DNA of 64,000 bases from Dimorphilus gyrociliatus. Lineage: Eukaryota > Animalia > Annelida. The translations under genes and the position numbers were made by a program. The stretch is taken from contig CAJFCJ010000007.1 in NCBI GenBank assembly GCA_904063045.1, forward strand, positions 1,394,510 through 1,458,509. Reading direction: 5' to 3'. A model generated the notes under the pieces. That model was given only the letters and a program-made list of their open reading frames with translations, did no database searches and was not told the DNA's origin. How positions within the stretch are numbered: the stretch's first letter is position 1; every line of letters starts with the position of its first letter. Shown piece by piece: positions 1 to 13,193 of this stretch.

Positions 1-2226
1 GTTGGAAGCTAAATCAAAAGAAAAGCATACTGAAGGTTAGATCACCTTGAAATTGTAAACTATATTTAAATCCGTGCTAAATCACATGTGTTCCCTTCTT
101 CAGGTCCAAAGAAAGTAAAGCAGCCAAAGCTGTCAAGAGAAATTATAGAGAAACATGAGACCGATAGTGAAGAATCTGATATCGAACAAAGTCAGGATGA
201 GGTTGACATAGATTCTGGTGACTCTTCAAAAGACCAAGAAAATGGTGATGTCAAACGTTCGTATATACAAAATTTACGCAGTATCATTGCTAAATCTTCC
301 ATGTTACTTTAACAGTTCCTGGTAGCAGCGTAGCATTTTCGATTCTTACTGACAAATCATTTGTAAACTTAAAGGATGTTGTTTGTGAGGAAACATTAAA
401 AGCTATAAAGGACATGGGATTCGAAAATATGACAGAAATTCAAGCTAAAACTATTCCACCTCTATTAGAGGGACAGTAAGTTGAATAGGTTTTATAATTT
501 TCTGTTCTATAATAGCATCTCATTTTAGTGACTTGATGGGTGCCGCTAAAACGGGAAGTGGCAAAACGTTGGCATTCTTAATTCCAGCCGTAGAGCTATT
601 GCATAAACTAAAATTTATGCCCAGAAACGGTTGGTTACTTTGGTTTAATTATATTAGTTTTTTATTTTGGTATTTTATAAGGCACTGGCGTTATCATTAT
701 ATCGCCAACTAGAGAATTAGCTATGCAAATTTTTGGAGTTGTGAAGGAATTGATGAATCACCATCCTCATACGTACGGTTTGATAATGGGTGGAACCAAC
801 AGACAAGAGGAAGCGAAAAAGATTGCTAAAGGCGTAAATCTTATAGTCGCCACCCCAGGAAGGTTGTTATTTCTATTTTTTTTAAATATTATTTAGAGTT
901 GAGAATATTTTTTTTTCAGACTTCTGGATCATTTACAAAATACTAATCATTTTATGTATAAAAATTTGCAATGTTTGATTATCGATGAGGCTGATCGTAT
1001 TTTGGATATTGGTTTTGAAGAAGAAATGAAACAAATTGTTAAGTTATTACCCAGTAGGTTATCTAATTCTCTTAGTGAGCAAAATTTGTAATAATACTAA
1101 TCGTTGTAGAAAAAAGACAAACGATGCTGTTTTCTGCTACACAAACGCGTAAAACTGAGGATTTAGCAAGAATTTCTCTAAAGAAAGAACCATTATATAT
1201 TGGCGTTGACGACAGTAAAGAAACGGCTACAGTTGATGGTTTGGAACAGGTTTGTTAATGATACGAATTTGGATATGATTGCTAAGCATAATTGTTTACA
1301 GGGCTACGTTATATGTCCTACTGATAAGCGATTTCTATTGCTCTTTACTTTCCTTAAGAAGAATAAGAAAAAGAAAATTATGGTATTTTTAAGTTCTTGT
1401 ATGAGTGTTAAATTCTACAATGAACTATTGAACTATATTGATTTACCAGTTACTTGCATTCACGTAAGTAGTTATCGCTATTAGAAATCTAAATAAAAAG
1501 TTTTATCTCTCCTTCAGGGAAAACAAAAGCAGACCAAGAGAACTCATACTTTTTTCGAATTTTGCAACGCAAAGGAAGCAATTCTCCTCTGTACAGATGT
1601 TGCAGCCAGAGGATTGGATATCCCTATGGTTGATTGGATAATTCAATTTGACCCACCAGATGATCCTTCAGAATACATTCATCGAGTAGGCAGAACTGCC
1701 AGAGGTGAAGGTGGCAAAGGTCATGCTCTTTTAATTCTCCAACCAGAAGAAGTTGGCTTTCTTCGTTACTTGAAGAAAGCTAAAGTTCCTGTTAGTGAAT
1801 TTGAGTTTTCTTGGGCTAAAGTGTCTAACATTCAACCACAACTAGAAAAACTTATAGAAAAAAATTATTTTCTACACAAAAGCGCACAAGAAGCCTATAA
1901 GAGCTATGTTAGAGCATATGCTTCACACAGTTTGAAAAATATATTTGACATAAATGAGCTGGATCTACAGTTGGTAGCTAAGAGTTTTGGATTTAGTGTT
2001 CCTCCCTACGTTGATTTAAGTAAGTGTAATTTTTTCACTGTTAAAATTGAATAAATTAAAAATATTTTGTTCAGATGTACATGCAAGTAAATCTGCCGGA
2101 AGGGTTCGTAAGCGTGGAGGTGGTGGTGGATTTGGATATAAAAAAGATAAGGAACAAAAAAAAGCAAAGATTTATAAAGCTGTTTCGGGTAAAAGAAACG
2201 TAGGTCGAAAACAATTTTCCCGTTAA
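1..2226 (+). CDS. DDX18: DEAD-box RNA helicase DDX18/Has1/pitchoune, multi-exon, 5' end outside window
   Basis: Spliced translation gives [14 protein letters not shown] (Q motif), [47 protein letters not shown] and [11 protein letters not shown]. Many small GT-AG introns. Last exon 2075-2226 ends ...RKQFSR*. Confidence 0.95.
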
Positions 2227-2394
2227 ATTTATTTACTTTATGAATAAAAATCTGAATTTTTTGTAACTCTTGGTATTTCTTTTTCATAATATATTACCTA
2301 GGGTAGCTACACAGAGGGATAGTACAATTACGATTGTCAGTAACACAATATTTATCCCGCTCCCTAAAAATATATATATATACAAATACACAAG

Positions 2395-3791
2395 TTACTT
2401 CCACAGTTTCTTGATGGACATATTTTTCTCCGAGTCTTTTTGCATAATCTTAGCTACGGCTAGCTCAAAGTCATCCTGGGTCACGTGTACCCGTCTCTCT
2501 CTAAGGGCATACATTCCAGCTTCAGTACATACACCCTTAACCTCAGCTCCTGATGCTCCCGGCATGAGTTCTGCGATTCTTCGTAAATTTATACCTCGTG
2601 TCAAATTCATTCGTCTTGAATGAATTCGTAGAATATCTAATCTAGCCTGTTCGTTTGGAGCAGGAAACTCGATCTTTCTGTCAATTCTTCCTGGACGAAG
2701 TAAAGCTGAATCTAATATATCAATTCTGTTTGTTGCCATTATAACCTTGATATTTTGTTTTGGTTCAAAACCATCTAACTGATTAAGAAGTTCAAGCATG
2801 GTTCTTTGAACTTCACTATCACCACCGCCTGAACTGCCACTCTCGATTCTCGTGGAGCCTATGGAATCGATTTCGTCCATAAAAATGATTGAGGGCGCAT
2901 GTTCTCTGGCCATTACAAAGAGTTCTCGAACCATCCTCGATCCTTCACCAATAAACTTTTGAACGAGTTCAGAACCCGAAACCCTAATGAATGTACAATC
3001 GGTGTGATGAGCTACAGCTCTGGCCAGCAGGGTTTTACCAGTTCCAGGAGGACCGTAAAGTAAAACACCTTTAGGCTGAGCTATACCCAGAGCTTCAAAT
3101 AACTCTGGATGTTTTACGGGCAATTCAATAACTTCTTTTATTTCTTTTATTTGTTTATCCAAACCACCAACAAGTTCATAAGTAGAGTCAGGAACTTTTT
3201 CCACCATCATTAAGCTTACAAGAGGATCAACTTTGCTTGGTAATACTTTGTGTAAAGTATAAGAGTCGTTGCGGAGGGCTACGCGAGCACCAGCCGTCAA
3301 TGAGGGTATGTTGATTGACTTATCAACATCGACGACAAATTTTCCCTCAGGATGAACCTTTACAAGTACTTTACTTTTATCCATTGGCCTAACAACTTCT
3401 CCTACGTAAGATCCTTGTTCGTGTAAAAGACCTAATTCTTCCCTAAGCAAACGAACTCTAGCGTTTAATTCATTCCTTTGAGCCTCCAATCTTCTAACAT
3501 TGTGTGTTCTATCTGATAGTTCTCTGTTCATCTCATCCATTTTGGAGATATAGTACTTTTTTAGACCGTCTGTGGCCGGAACATCATCAACTTCCATCTA
3601 TGATAAAACGAATTAAGGTTTTGTACGAAACAAAGAAAACCACTCTCTGATGAGAAGCATCAATGTAAATTAAATTATTTCTCTACGGTCAATCGTAATA
3701 TATGACGTAAACATATGTCGTTTTTATATAAAATTCATTAGTATATAATGAAATTAAAGAGAAATATTGTGCTTACCTTATTGCTCGTCAT
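2395..3791 (-). CDS. PSMC5: 26S proteasome AAA-ATPase Rpt6; micro-exon MTSNK (3777-3791) plus one large exon (2395-3597)
   Basis: 400-aa ORF with [25 protein letters not shown] and [10 protein letters not shown], ending SIKKLWK. Upstream ATG ACG AGC AAT AAG|gtaagc donor joins in phase 0 to the tag|ATGGAA acceptor. Confidence 0.96.
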
Positions 3792-3882
3792 GATTCCGGC
3801 GTTCAAGAAAACGAAATTTGTCTACGTCATATCCGCTGATATAGGGATTCTCCGGGCTAGCCCCTAGCCGCCTGACTCACAA

Positions 3883-6800
3883 ATGGCGAACACCAACCCT
3901 TTTAGTGAAGAAGATTTATCGACTCAGGAGGAAGAAGTACAAGAAAACTCATCTCATGAATCTAGTCCAATAAATGAACGAATAAGCTGGGATCATATTG
4001 CACGGAAATTGCTAGAGGAACAATACCTTCTGACTGCTTTAGAGTTACATACAGAATTGATTGAGGCGGGTAGAGAAAATTCAAAGCTGAGAGATTTTTT
4101 CTCAAATCCAGCTAATTTCGAGAGAACAAGACAAACGGACTTTCCTAATACAACGTTACGTGAGTTAGATCGCGAATCTTGATTATCTCTATGTATAATT
4201 AATTGCAGCCAGGACATCAAGTTGTCAGACATTTGATTCTTTGGATTTCGCCCGATACTCGGATGATGGTGAGCGTCAAGAAAGTGATAAAGTAGCCGTC
4301 TTAGAATTTGAGTTAAGAAAAGCCCAGGAAACTATTCGATCGTTAAGAGCAGCCTTGACAAAAACTGCTGAAACAGAAACAGAATTGTTAACATCTCCTG
4401 ACGCTTCAAACAATAAAATCACTGAAGCAGCAATTGAAGATGAGGAGTGCATTAAACCTTACGAAAAACGTGCTATCAATTTTCTTGTTAATGAATATTT
4501 ATTAAGTCACGATTATAAAATAAGTTCTGTTACTTTTTGTGAAGAAAATGAAAATCAAGATTTTGACGATTGGGATGATGTTGGCCTAAATGTTTCGAAG
4601 CCACCAAATTTATTACACTTATATCGTGATTACGGGCATCATGCAATAGAAGTTGTGGAAAAGATTGATAATAGCACTACAGCGGATCTTGATAGCGAGG
4701 AAATTTTGAAAAAAGACGAAATAATTACGCATCTAGTAAGTTACTTTTTCGAATCGATACTGGTTCGACTATATATCAAATTTTTAATAATTATTCCTTT
4801 ATAAAGAATGATAGAATAACTAATTATGAAGAGAGAATAGAAACAATGCAAACAGAAAATGAATTTCTCAGTCACCGATTAAAATCATCTGAAAAGTAAT
4901 TTAATTTTAAATTTATTTGAAATTGAAGGATTACTATTATTTATATAATTCACAGAGATAATCAAATAACTAAATTTTCTGCTACATCAACACCTGCTGT
5001 TAGTCCAATTAAACCGTCCATTAATCAGACCAAAACCGACTCAATAGTAGCAAACGCTGGAAGCGATATACAATTTGAAAATTCTGCAAAAGAAACAATT
5101 GAACAAACACCTGATTCAAGTTATAGTAAAAATGACTCTTGGGAAGCTATCAATCAAACTATACCAGAGTCATTCTCTAAAATATTATTTCAATCAGCTT
5201 TCTACTCACCTCACGACAATCGTATTGTGAATGAAGTTACAGCTGTAAGGGATAATGATGATGTTATCCCTATGCTAGGTCGATGCTTGCCACACATAGT
5301 CCCAAATGTATTACTCAATAAGAGAGAAGTAAATCTTTGTCAATAAATCGCAATAGGATGACTATAATTTATCATTTTCTTTTATAGGAACTTATTCCTG
5401 TTATCTTAGCTGCTGCCAGTCTCCATTCGGATTCTAAAGAAAGAGATAAATTATTAAATATTCTTTTTAATCTTATTAAAAAGCCTGATAGTCAACAAAG
5501 GCAGATCATTCTAACTGGATGTATTGCCTTTGCCAAAAATGTTGCCTATTCAAGATTAGAGAACGAGCTGCTACCACAGTGTTGGGAGCAAGTAAGGCAT
5601 TTTATAAATTCATTAAATATGTAAATAGTTTAAAAACGTCTGTTCATTTGTAGATCGGTCATAAATACTTCGAACGCAGGATGCTAGTTGCCGAAGCATG
5701 TGGAGCGTTGGTTCCGTATTTTTCGGTATGAAATTATAAAACATCGTTTTCCCAACAAGTGCAATCATAAATATTGGAAATCTATTATTTTTTAGAACGA
5801 ATTACGAAGCTCTTTAGTTTTATCGATTTTGCAACAAATGTTAGATGACAAGAGTGACGAAGTAAGAGAAACGAGCGTTCGAAGTTTATCATTACTTTTC
5901 GCTTTCATTCAAGATGAAGGAAAATTTGGACAGGTTTACTTTATGCGCTAACTTTTTAGAATTCCACTGAGAATACAGTTATACTTATTGCACACAGGCT
6001 GGCGAAATGCTTCGAAGAGGTTTACTCGATAAAAGTGAAAATGTTGTTAAAGTTTCAAAAGAGCTGATGCTGCCAACTTACGGCCTCTGGGCTATTTCCC
6101 TCAATAAACTATCCGAAGTTATTCAAACCTATTTTGATTATTTACAAGATGTTATCCGAGTGAGTTGAATCAAAATAGTAATTTATAAATTCTTAATTGA
6201 TTTTAGATAATATTTTCTTTTTTATTCTTTTTATTTACATTCAATTCTACAAAAAACCAAAAAAAAATTTATCTGTACTTTTTTTTTTTGCTTTTTATAT
6301 ATAATTAACTAGAGAGTAGAATATTCTTTAAATAGAACTAAGGTAAGGTAGCGTGCATCTATAAATCAAATTTATAAAAGCTTCTGCTTTAATTTTGAAA
6401 GTTTCAGTAATATAAAGCACGCTTTAGCTGAAATAAAATTACCAACTGTTTTTCCTCCAGTAATATTATATCATTTTACAGACTGCGCTGGCTACCCAAG
6501 TGGCGTCGAATAGTCAAACTCTACCAATCGATACCGGAAAATTTGGTAGATGGATAGATGCTTTGGAAGAATATATACCACTCCTGTTCTCATTAGTTAT
6601 AACTTCCGCTCCCTTCTTAGATAAAATATCTGACGAGCCAGAGAACGACAACGAATATCACCTTCTAGACGATAGATCCACATCTAATTGTCAATTATTG
6701 CAATTAGACACAATTATTGGTAGCAAATCTCGAACAGTTAAGCTATTAGCAAAATATGAAGAGTATATATCAGAAGAGTGGTACGATAGTTGGAAAGAAT

Positions 6801-9800
6801 TTTCATGGGTAGTTGATGATCTGTAAGAAAATAGTAAAATTTCTCGTTTTTCGATTCTAACTATTGACAATTTAACCTTACAGTTTACCGCAATTAATCA
6901 ATGTCGTAAAAACTGTGAGTGATGAGGTGGATTTTGTTGTCGATTCTTTTTGCTCATATTGCCGTACTCTATGCAAAAATTTTGGCTTTACTTTTGTTAA
7001 CACGAAGGTTACCGACATATTAATAGTTTTTTTTTTATTTTTCTATATAAACAATATAAATTTGTTTTTACCCTACAGATATTACCTAAATTTGAAATGA
7101 TGTTTAGTATTCCCAATGATCAAATTGGTTTGTTAGGATAGAATTCAATTAATATAACTTATATTAACATTTAAATATTACAGAATCAATAATATGCAAT
7201 AATCATAGTGTTTATCACAAATGTGCCCTACCTGTATATACTTATTCAATTCTATGCACATTCTTATCAGTTAGTATAAGTTTTAATTAGAAAAATTTTA
7301 ATATATATTTTAATCAATTAATACTTAATGTATTAAAAAAATTCATTAATCTTCTCTAATTCTTTAATCCCATGATTCTTTTTAATAGAAATACGAGAAT
7401 AAGTTATCAAAATTCTTAAGCCGAACCTTAGAAATGGTTGCGGAGAATGGTGCCAATCCTCAATCACTACTTTCAACTTTCGCTCAGTTATCGTTAGTAT
7501 TTTATTTACTACGATGTCAATATTGATAATTTCAATTAATTATTTATAGATTTTTATATACATATTAATATAAAAAAAACTATAGTATTAAATTAATCAA
7601 GTTTATTATGAGAGTTATTACCATAAAATTTATTTAACAATTGTCATTTTATATAGACACGACTCAAACGTACATGATTTGCTTTTAATTGTTCTCTGGG
7701 AAGCCGTTGTTCATTCATCACTTAAAGTTCGCTCATTGTCTGCTAAAGTCTTCGAAGTAAGTCGTTTTTTCAAATTAATTTCTTGATTTAAACAATTTTC
7801 CACCTCAGAATTTAAAATCTAAAAGTTTTCCTTTTTATCCCTTAAGGGTTTATTGAAAAGAATGTCTCCGGCAAATATATCTAATCGTATCATTCCAGCA
7901 CTGGTCACTTTATCCTCGGATCCAGAGATGTATCTATTTCACCCATGAATAATTTTCTTCTTGACTTACACGTAATACATACAAAACATGTTTTCAAAAC
8001 AGGTCTGTAAGGAGAGCTACAATATCACCTTTGACATCCATAATAGAAACTGTATCATCTAGAGAGGTAATGGGTATTAATAAGAAAAGATATTTTTTTC
8101 TCATATGAACTTTATTAAAGGTTTTAGATAAGGTTCGTCTACAACTTCAATCTTTTATGGATGATAATCTTTACGAAGGAGAGCATCTATTACAACTAGA
8201 GCTGATCCATTCACTGGCTCGTGTTGTACCAAACGCTGACGCAAATTTTCGGGATGAGTGTAAGTACTCAATAATTATTGTAAATGTCAACTGACAAGAG
8301 ATAGCGCTGAAAGCTATTCAGGCTTTTTTCATTATAAAGATATTGCGCTAATTAGGAGAGTTCAGTTTCTCGGAAAGGTAGAATAGGATTAGATGTCCTA
8401 AAAATGCTAACTGCACGATTCTGTCTTGTAGATCGGATTAGTATAATATAACGGAGAAATTGCCTCCGGAAATTACTATTTGCGACAAGGTAGATGAAAA
8501 ATTTTCCACTTACGTATATACCCTCAAGTGTTTGGGTTATCGCATCAGCAATTAAAATATTTTTATCTTCATTTTCCGACCATGAAGTAGATTTCAGTCT
8601 TTCCATAACATTCATTAGCATTCGAAATCCCAATCTCGGAGTAACAAATAAAAGAAAAAAGATACATAAAGATAATGCAGTGGTCTCGAGGTTATGCAAT
8701 CCACTCGGTAGAAGTAAATATTTTATCTGGCTATTTAATTTTCTTTTGTTCCTTAAATTTCTACAGCAAACAGTAAGCGAACAGATTGTAACAAAAAAAG
8801 GTAAAATATCTTGTATAAGAATGGCCAAAAGTGGTGAAATGAATTTTTGAAAATATTCACTATGATGATGTCCAGTATTTGTAATAAGACAAACGTAACT
8901 TTTCTCGTTTTTGGTATTCTTAATTAATTGTAGTTCAAATAGCCAAAAGTATTGGGAATTCAATAGAATAAGTATAACTATTAAAAATAATATTACAGTT
9001 CGACATTGCTCCAACTTTAATTTATTTTTGCTTGGACATCTTCCAATAATAGTTGCGTGCACAACGAAACAAATCGCCAACCACTTACTCATATGAAAGG
9101 TTAAATTTAAAATGAACGGATATATTTTACATACAGCAGCATTGCTATTTGTAAGTTTTGTAGAAAGGTCCGAGTGAATGGTATTAGCTAACCATTTATT
9201 ACCAAATTCTAGAATGAGTACAACGCTATCGATTGCAGCTGTAGAAGTAGTAAAAGTTTTTATGTTAGAGAGATAAACAGAATATCTGATAACTATAATT
9301 GAACAGCTATAGAAAAAACATGCTAACTAAATCGTTATTAATACGAACCCAGAAAAACCAAATAAACGTAAGTTGCCGAAACTAAATTGATTAGTTTGAT
9401 GAGTGCCAAAACTCCCAGGAAACAAGTTATGCAGCCTATAAATAATAGACATGGAAAAACGTACTTATATATAAGAAACACAATGCCTTCCTCCTCGGCT
9501 GAATAGTAATTATGATAAAGTCTTAATAAGTCTTCCTCACTCAGAGAGTCTATGGCGTTAGCATCGGGGAAAATTTTACTTAAGTTAAGCATTTCATCTA
9601 ACGCCTTCACGAAAAATGAGCGAATGACAGGAGCGACCTCTCTTTATAGATTTTTCCTCATTTATACTTCGCCAGCTGGAAGGATAGCTCTGTAATGCAT
9701 CGTAATTACGGATGCCTTTTTGTTTACTTAAATCGTGGCCTGAATTTTAGCAATTCCCATGCCACTTATTAACTGTTTATCATTTCAAGGTGATTTATAA

Positions 9801-12311
9801 GGAAGATGTAGAACTAATTAGGCAATTTCCATAGATAATTTTCCATTACAATAGTATTCATACAGTATACTGTATTGTATTATTATATAATTATATACAA
9901 TATAATAAATTTTATATAGTATATCGTATAAATAATAAGTTTCTATAAAGAAATAGATATAGTAGTTATCTAGTACAATTATTATTTTTTCGAAAAATAT
10001 TTCAATTCTACTTCATAATTGATTTTTTCCCAGAATTAGAATTTTTACTTTATATCAATTCGCGATCGGTTAGCTTCTAATTATCATGATGAGATATCAC
10101 ATGTCAATAATACGGATGGCGATGAAGATAATGAAGAACAATTTAATATAGGTTTTTACATTTTTTTTTTCTTTATTCCATTATACTATCTTTTAGATAA
10201 AAAAAAGATTCATGGTAGAAAAGAAAGGAAAGTATATTATGAATAAATACGTAATTTTAATAAAATAGCCAAAAAACTAATAGTATTTATAAAGAGACGA
10301 CATTATTAATAAAAACAAGTTTGGAAAGAAAGTAAAATAATTATATTAGATAAAAATATCACTTGATATTTTGCAATTTGAATGAACTTTGTGAGTTGGA
10401 CATCTTTTAACATCTGTTTCAGAGCTGAAAACTGTTTGCTCTCCTGGTATTTGAGGCCTAGTATTCTTCCATTGACTTATCATTTTTAAGATTGTCGTGA
10501 CGATCGCCATCTGACGGAAAGTTGCTCTAAATACTCCGCTTGTAGTTAGAAGTAATACGAATTTTAACCCAAAAAATACTCCTTCACTTGTCATTGTTAA
10601 GGAATGAAAAAGAACGGCCGAATCATACTCTTGCATATTGTAATGTTCCACATAATACTTGAAGAGCGAATAAGTTACTTTAGGGGTAATTAAAAGAGTA
10701 TAGGCAAGACCAATAGCTATTAAAGAACCTTGAAGTTCGTAGACACCTAATGGTCTAATGCTAAATTTGTAGTCAGCCAACGGTTTGTCCCATTTTGTTA
10801 GCCTTCCGTGCAAAGTGATTATTGTCCCGGCTAAAATGATTAGAAGTGGGATCACATCGCCGACTGTAAAGTCGATTATTGGCCAGATAATATGTGGGAA
10901 GTTACTTAGATGTTGATTTGTGGAATAATTTTGCTTGAAACGGCAAATAAATTGAGTACAAGAGCGATTAACGAACAGTTCAAAGGACCAAAAGTAGTGA
11001 GCATTTAAAAAAATGATAACAACCATAAGTAGGTGGACAATCGCTTTGCAGCCTTCGACTGTATTGGCAATGGGAACCCTTCTCCTGGACCTCAATGCGC
11101 AATCCAAAACTGCAAGTACGAGAGCCCAACGACCCAGATAAAAGAAGAAATTAAATATTAATGGATATATTTTACAAGATAAATCCGTCTTGACAAGAAC
11201 TAAAACGTTAACATCCAAATAAAATGTAGTAGTTACCCATTCGTTGACTATTCGAATAATTATAACACCAATATCCATAAAACACGTTGTTGTAAGATAA
11301 ATGTATGTTGGTGAAACTATATTGTGCAAACTAAACGAAGTTATTAAAAGTAAGAGGTTAGTGAGTATTCCAATAATCGCTATAAATGGTAGTAAATAGG
11401 TATAACACACTGAAGAAATAGTTTGTTCGATTGGTTCGTCGAAAAAATCCTCTAGTTCCGAATCTTCTATGGAGGTATTTATTGATGATAAATCAGGCAG
11501 TGTTGCCCATAGAAAACAGGAATAATCTTTAATACGTAACCCTGGACAAAATCCAGGCAGAGAAAAGCTATCGCCTACCATTTAAACTCCGCTCTATATG
11601 CTTTTTACTCCTCTTTAGTTGTTGTGAAACTACCAGAAACAATTTCAAGTGTTTTAAAGATTAAAATAAATAAAAAAAAACGTGTTGTACAATGGTACAA
11701 CAGGTGTTTTTTTAATTTACAAAGTTAATGAATGATATTTTTATTGCTTTTTAGTTGTACTACCGAGAATGGCAGTAATGGCAGCGACAAATAACCATAA
11801 TGCAGATGAGGCAAAACGATTTGAAATAGCAATGCAATTATTTGAAGCCTATAGCTCGCTATCATGTTGTGGTAATTACAGCCAATAAGATTTATTTTTG
11901 TTTTTTTCTTTATTTTAAGTTTGAAATGAATCCAGGAAAAGTAATTGTGTTTTATACTTACTTATTTTTTACGTTTAGTCATGAACGAACAAGTCGCGGG
12001 AGAATTTTTGCTACCTGGATTAGTTTGCGTTCAGCGTGATATCGCGCAATTAGCTCCAGATCGAGTAGATATTGTTCAGTCCTTGCTCCGCGACGTGCAA
12101 GATCGGTTATCCACGTCTGATCCGTAAGTATATGCATTATTGACATGAAAGCTAGATTCTAATTTATTACTTTTTCCTCCCTCGTGAATTTTCATTCAGG
12201 CGTTTTGCAACATCTACATCCTTTGGTGATATGGGCGTTACATCAAAAATGTTTAACACTTTTAAAGACCTCAAAGATCGTTCAGGATCAAAATTATTTG
12301 GAAAAAAATGA
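3883..12311 (+). CDS. RELCH: RAB11-binding protein RELCH (KIAA1468; LisH, coiled-coil, HEAT repeats), multi-exon
   Basis: N-terminus has LLTALELHTEL, FSNPANFE, DFARYSDDG, EKRAINFLVNEYLL and DFDDWDDVGL. HEAT exons include LPHIVPNVLLNKRE and LLPQCWEQ. The junction NFRDE-F|VLPRM...QLFEAYSSLSCC spans intron 8260-11754. Final exons 11979-12123 (FLLPGL) and 12200-12311 end KLFGKK*. Confidence 0.9.
8352..9592 (-). CDS. Rhodopsin-like (class A) orphan/peptide-receptor-like GPCR, 2 exons, nested in RELCH intron
   Basis: Exon 9349-9592 (TM1, ...ATYVYLVFL) splices over intron 9239-9348 (gttcgt...ctacag) to AAIDSVVL...CKIYPFILN...SKW, continuous with the 246-aa ORF to the stop at 8352. Seven hydrophobic segments. 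Confidence 0.8.
10346..11581 (-). CDS. Rhodopsin-like (class A) orphan/peptide-receptor-like GPCR, intronless, nested in RELCH intron
   Basis: 411-aa ORF with 7 TM segments: GILTNLLL (TM1), SPTYIYL...MD (TM2), CKIYPLIFN (TM3 Cys) and LNAHYFWSFEL. Motifs are shared with the adjacent GPCR. Confidence 0.85.
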   Translation of the reverse strand: MVGDSFSLPGFCPGLRIKDYSCFLWATLPDLSSINTSIEDSELEDFFDEPIEQTISSVCYTYLLPFIAIIGILTNLLLLITSFSLHNIVSPTYIYLTTTCFMDIGVIIIRIVNEWVTTTFYLDVNVLVLVKTDLSCKIYPLIFNFFFYLGRWALVLAVLDCALRSRRRVPIANTVEGCKAIVHLLMVVIIFLNAHYFWSFELFVNRSCTQFICRFKQNYSTNQHLSNFPHIIWPIIDFTVGDVIPLLIILAGTIITLHGRLTKWDKPLADYKFSIRPLGVYELQGSLIAIGLAYTLLITPKVTYSLFKYYVEHYNMQEYDSAVLFHSLTMTSEGVFFGLKFVLLLTTSGVFRATFRQMAIVTTILKMISQWKNTRPQIPGEQTVFSSETDVKRCPTHKVHSNCKISSDIFI

Positions 12312-12409
12312 AACATTCCCATCTCTTTTCAATTTATATGAAAAATGAAAAAATTTATTTATAGGCTTATACTTTTTTAACACTTAGCCATTTTTCAAAC
12401 ATTCCCTTA

Positions 12410-12424
12410 TACATATATATATAT

Positions 12425-12462
<38 letters not shown>

Positions 12463-12620
12463 CGTATATTTATACAATTTTCTTGTGTATACTTTTTATG
12501 TCTCTGTTTTTAAATCATTTGCTCTATTGTCATTCCAGTTTTTTAGGTATAATTGTACAAGACGTACATTATGATACACATATATATATATATATATAAT
12601 TTATATATATATATGTGTAT
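12410..12620. repeat. (TA)n microsatellites / AT-rich low complexity downstream of RELCH
   Basis: Long TA dinucleotide runs at about 12410-12465 and 12575-12620. Confidence 0.85.
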
Positions 12621-13139
12621 ATCTTATTTCTTTTAACAAAATTGACAAAGTCTATCTAGCCTTCCCTTCTTTTGTTTAAATTTTACGTTTGTTTTTACAA
12701 TGAAATGAAGATAATAATCTGTACTTTGTTCAAAGTGATAATAACACCTTTAATATATTAATAATATGAATTTTTAAAACTATAACAAGAGAGAAAATAA
12801 ATCAGAGAATAAACTAAAAAAATAAAAAAGATACAATCTTCCTATGTTCGTAATAAAAAATTCAACATCATTTATTCTACTATTTAGTAGGTAACAGATT
12901 GTTTTTCTTTTATTATTAAAACATGAAAGCGCATTTTTTATCTATTACTTTATCATAATCGATAAGTCAAGGCTGAACAATTTTGCTACATTGTTCTTTT
13001 TGATTAAATGTGAACGATGAGTATTTTTCTTTTTTTTTCATTATAGTACCATCGTTAAAACCAATTTAGCGAATCGTATAATAAATTTCTCTTGGGAGGA
13101 TAGATAGCAATAGTATCGCTTTATAGATCTATATACAGT

Positions 13140-13140
<1 letters not shown>

Positions 13141-13192
<52 letters not shown>
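13141..13192. repeat. Compound (TA)n(GA)n microsatellite
   Basis: tacatatata...tatatatagagagagagagagagagagaga read directly. Confidence 0.9.

Positions 13193-13193
<1 letters not shown>

Noticed and set aside
10034-10151. Possible plus-strand cassette exon of RELCH (acidic RDRLASNYHDE...EEQF) between the nested GPCRs
   Set aside because: The RELCH intron is phase 1, and both candidate acceptors create an immediate TAA (T|AA). The flanking RELCH exons already join perfectly without it.
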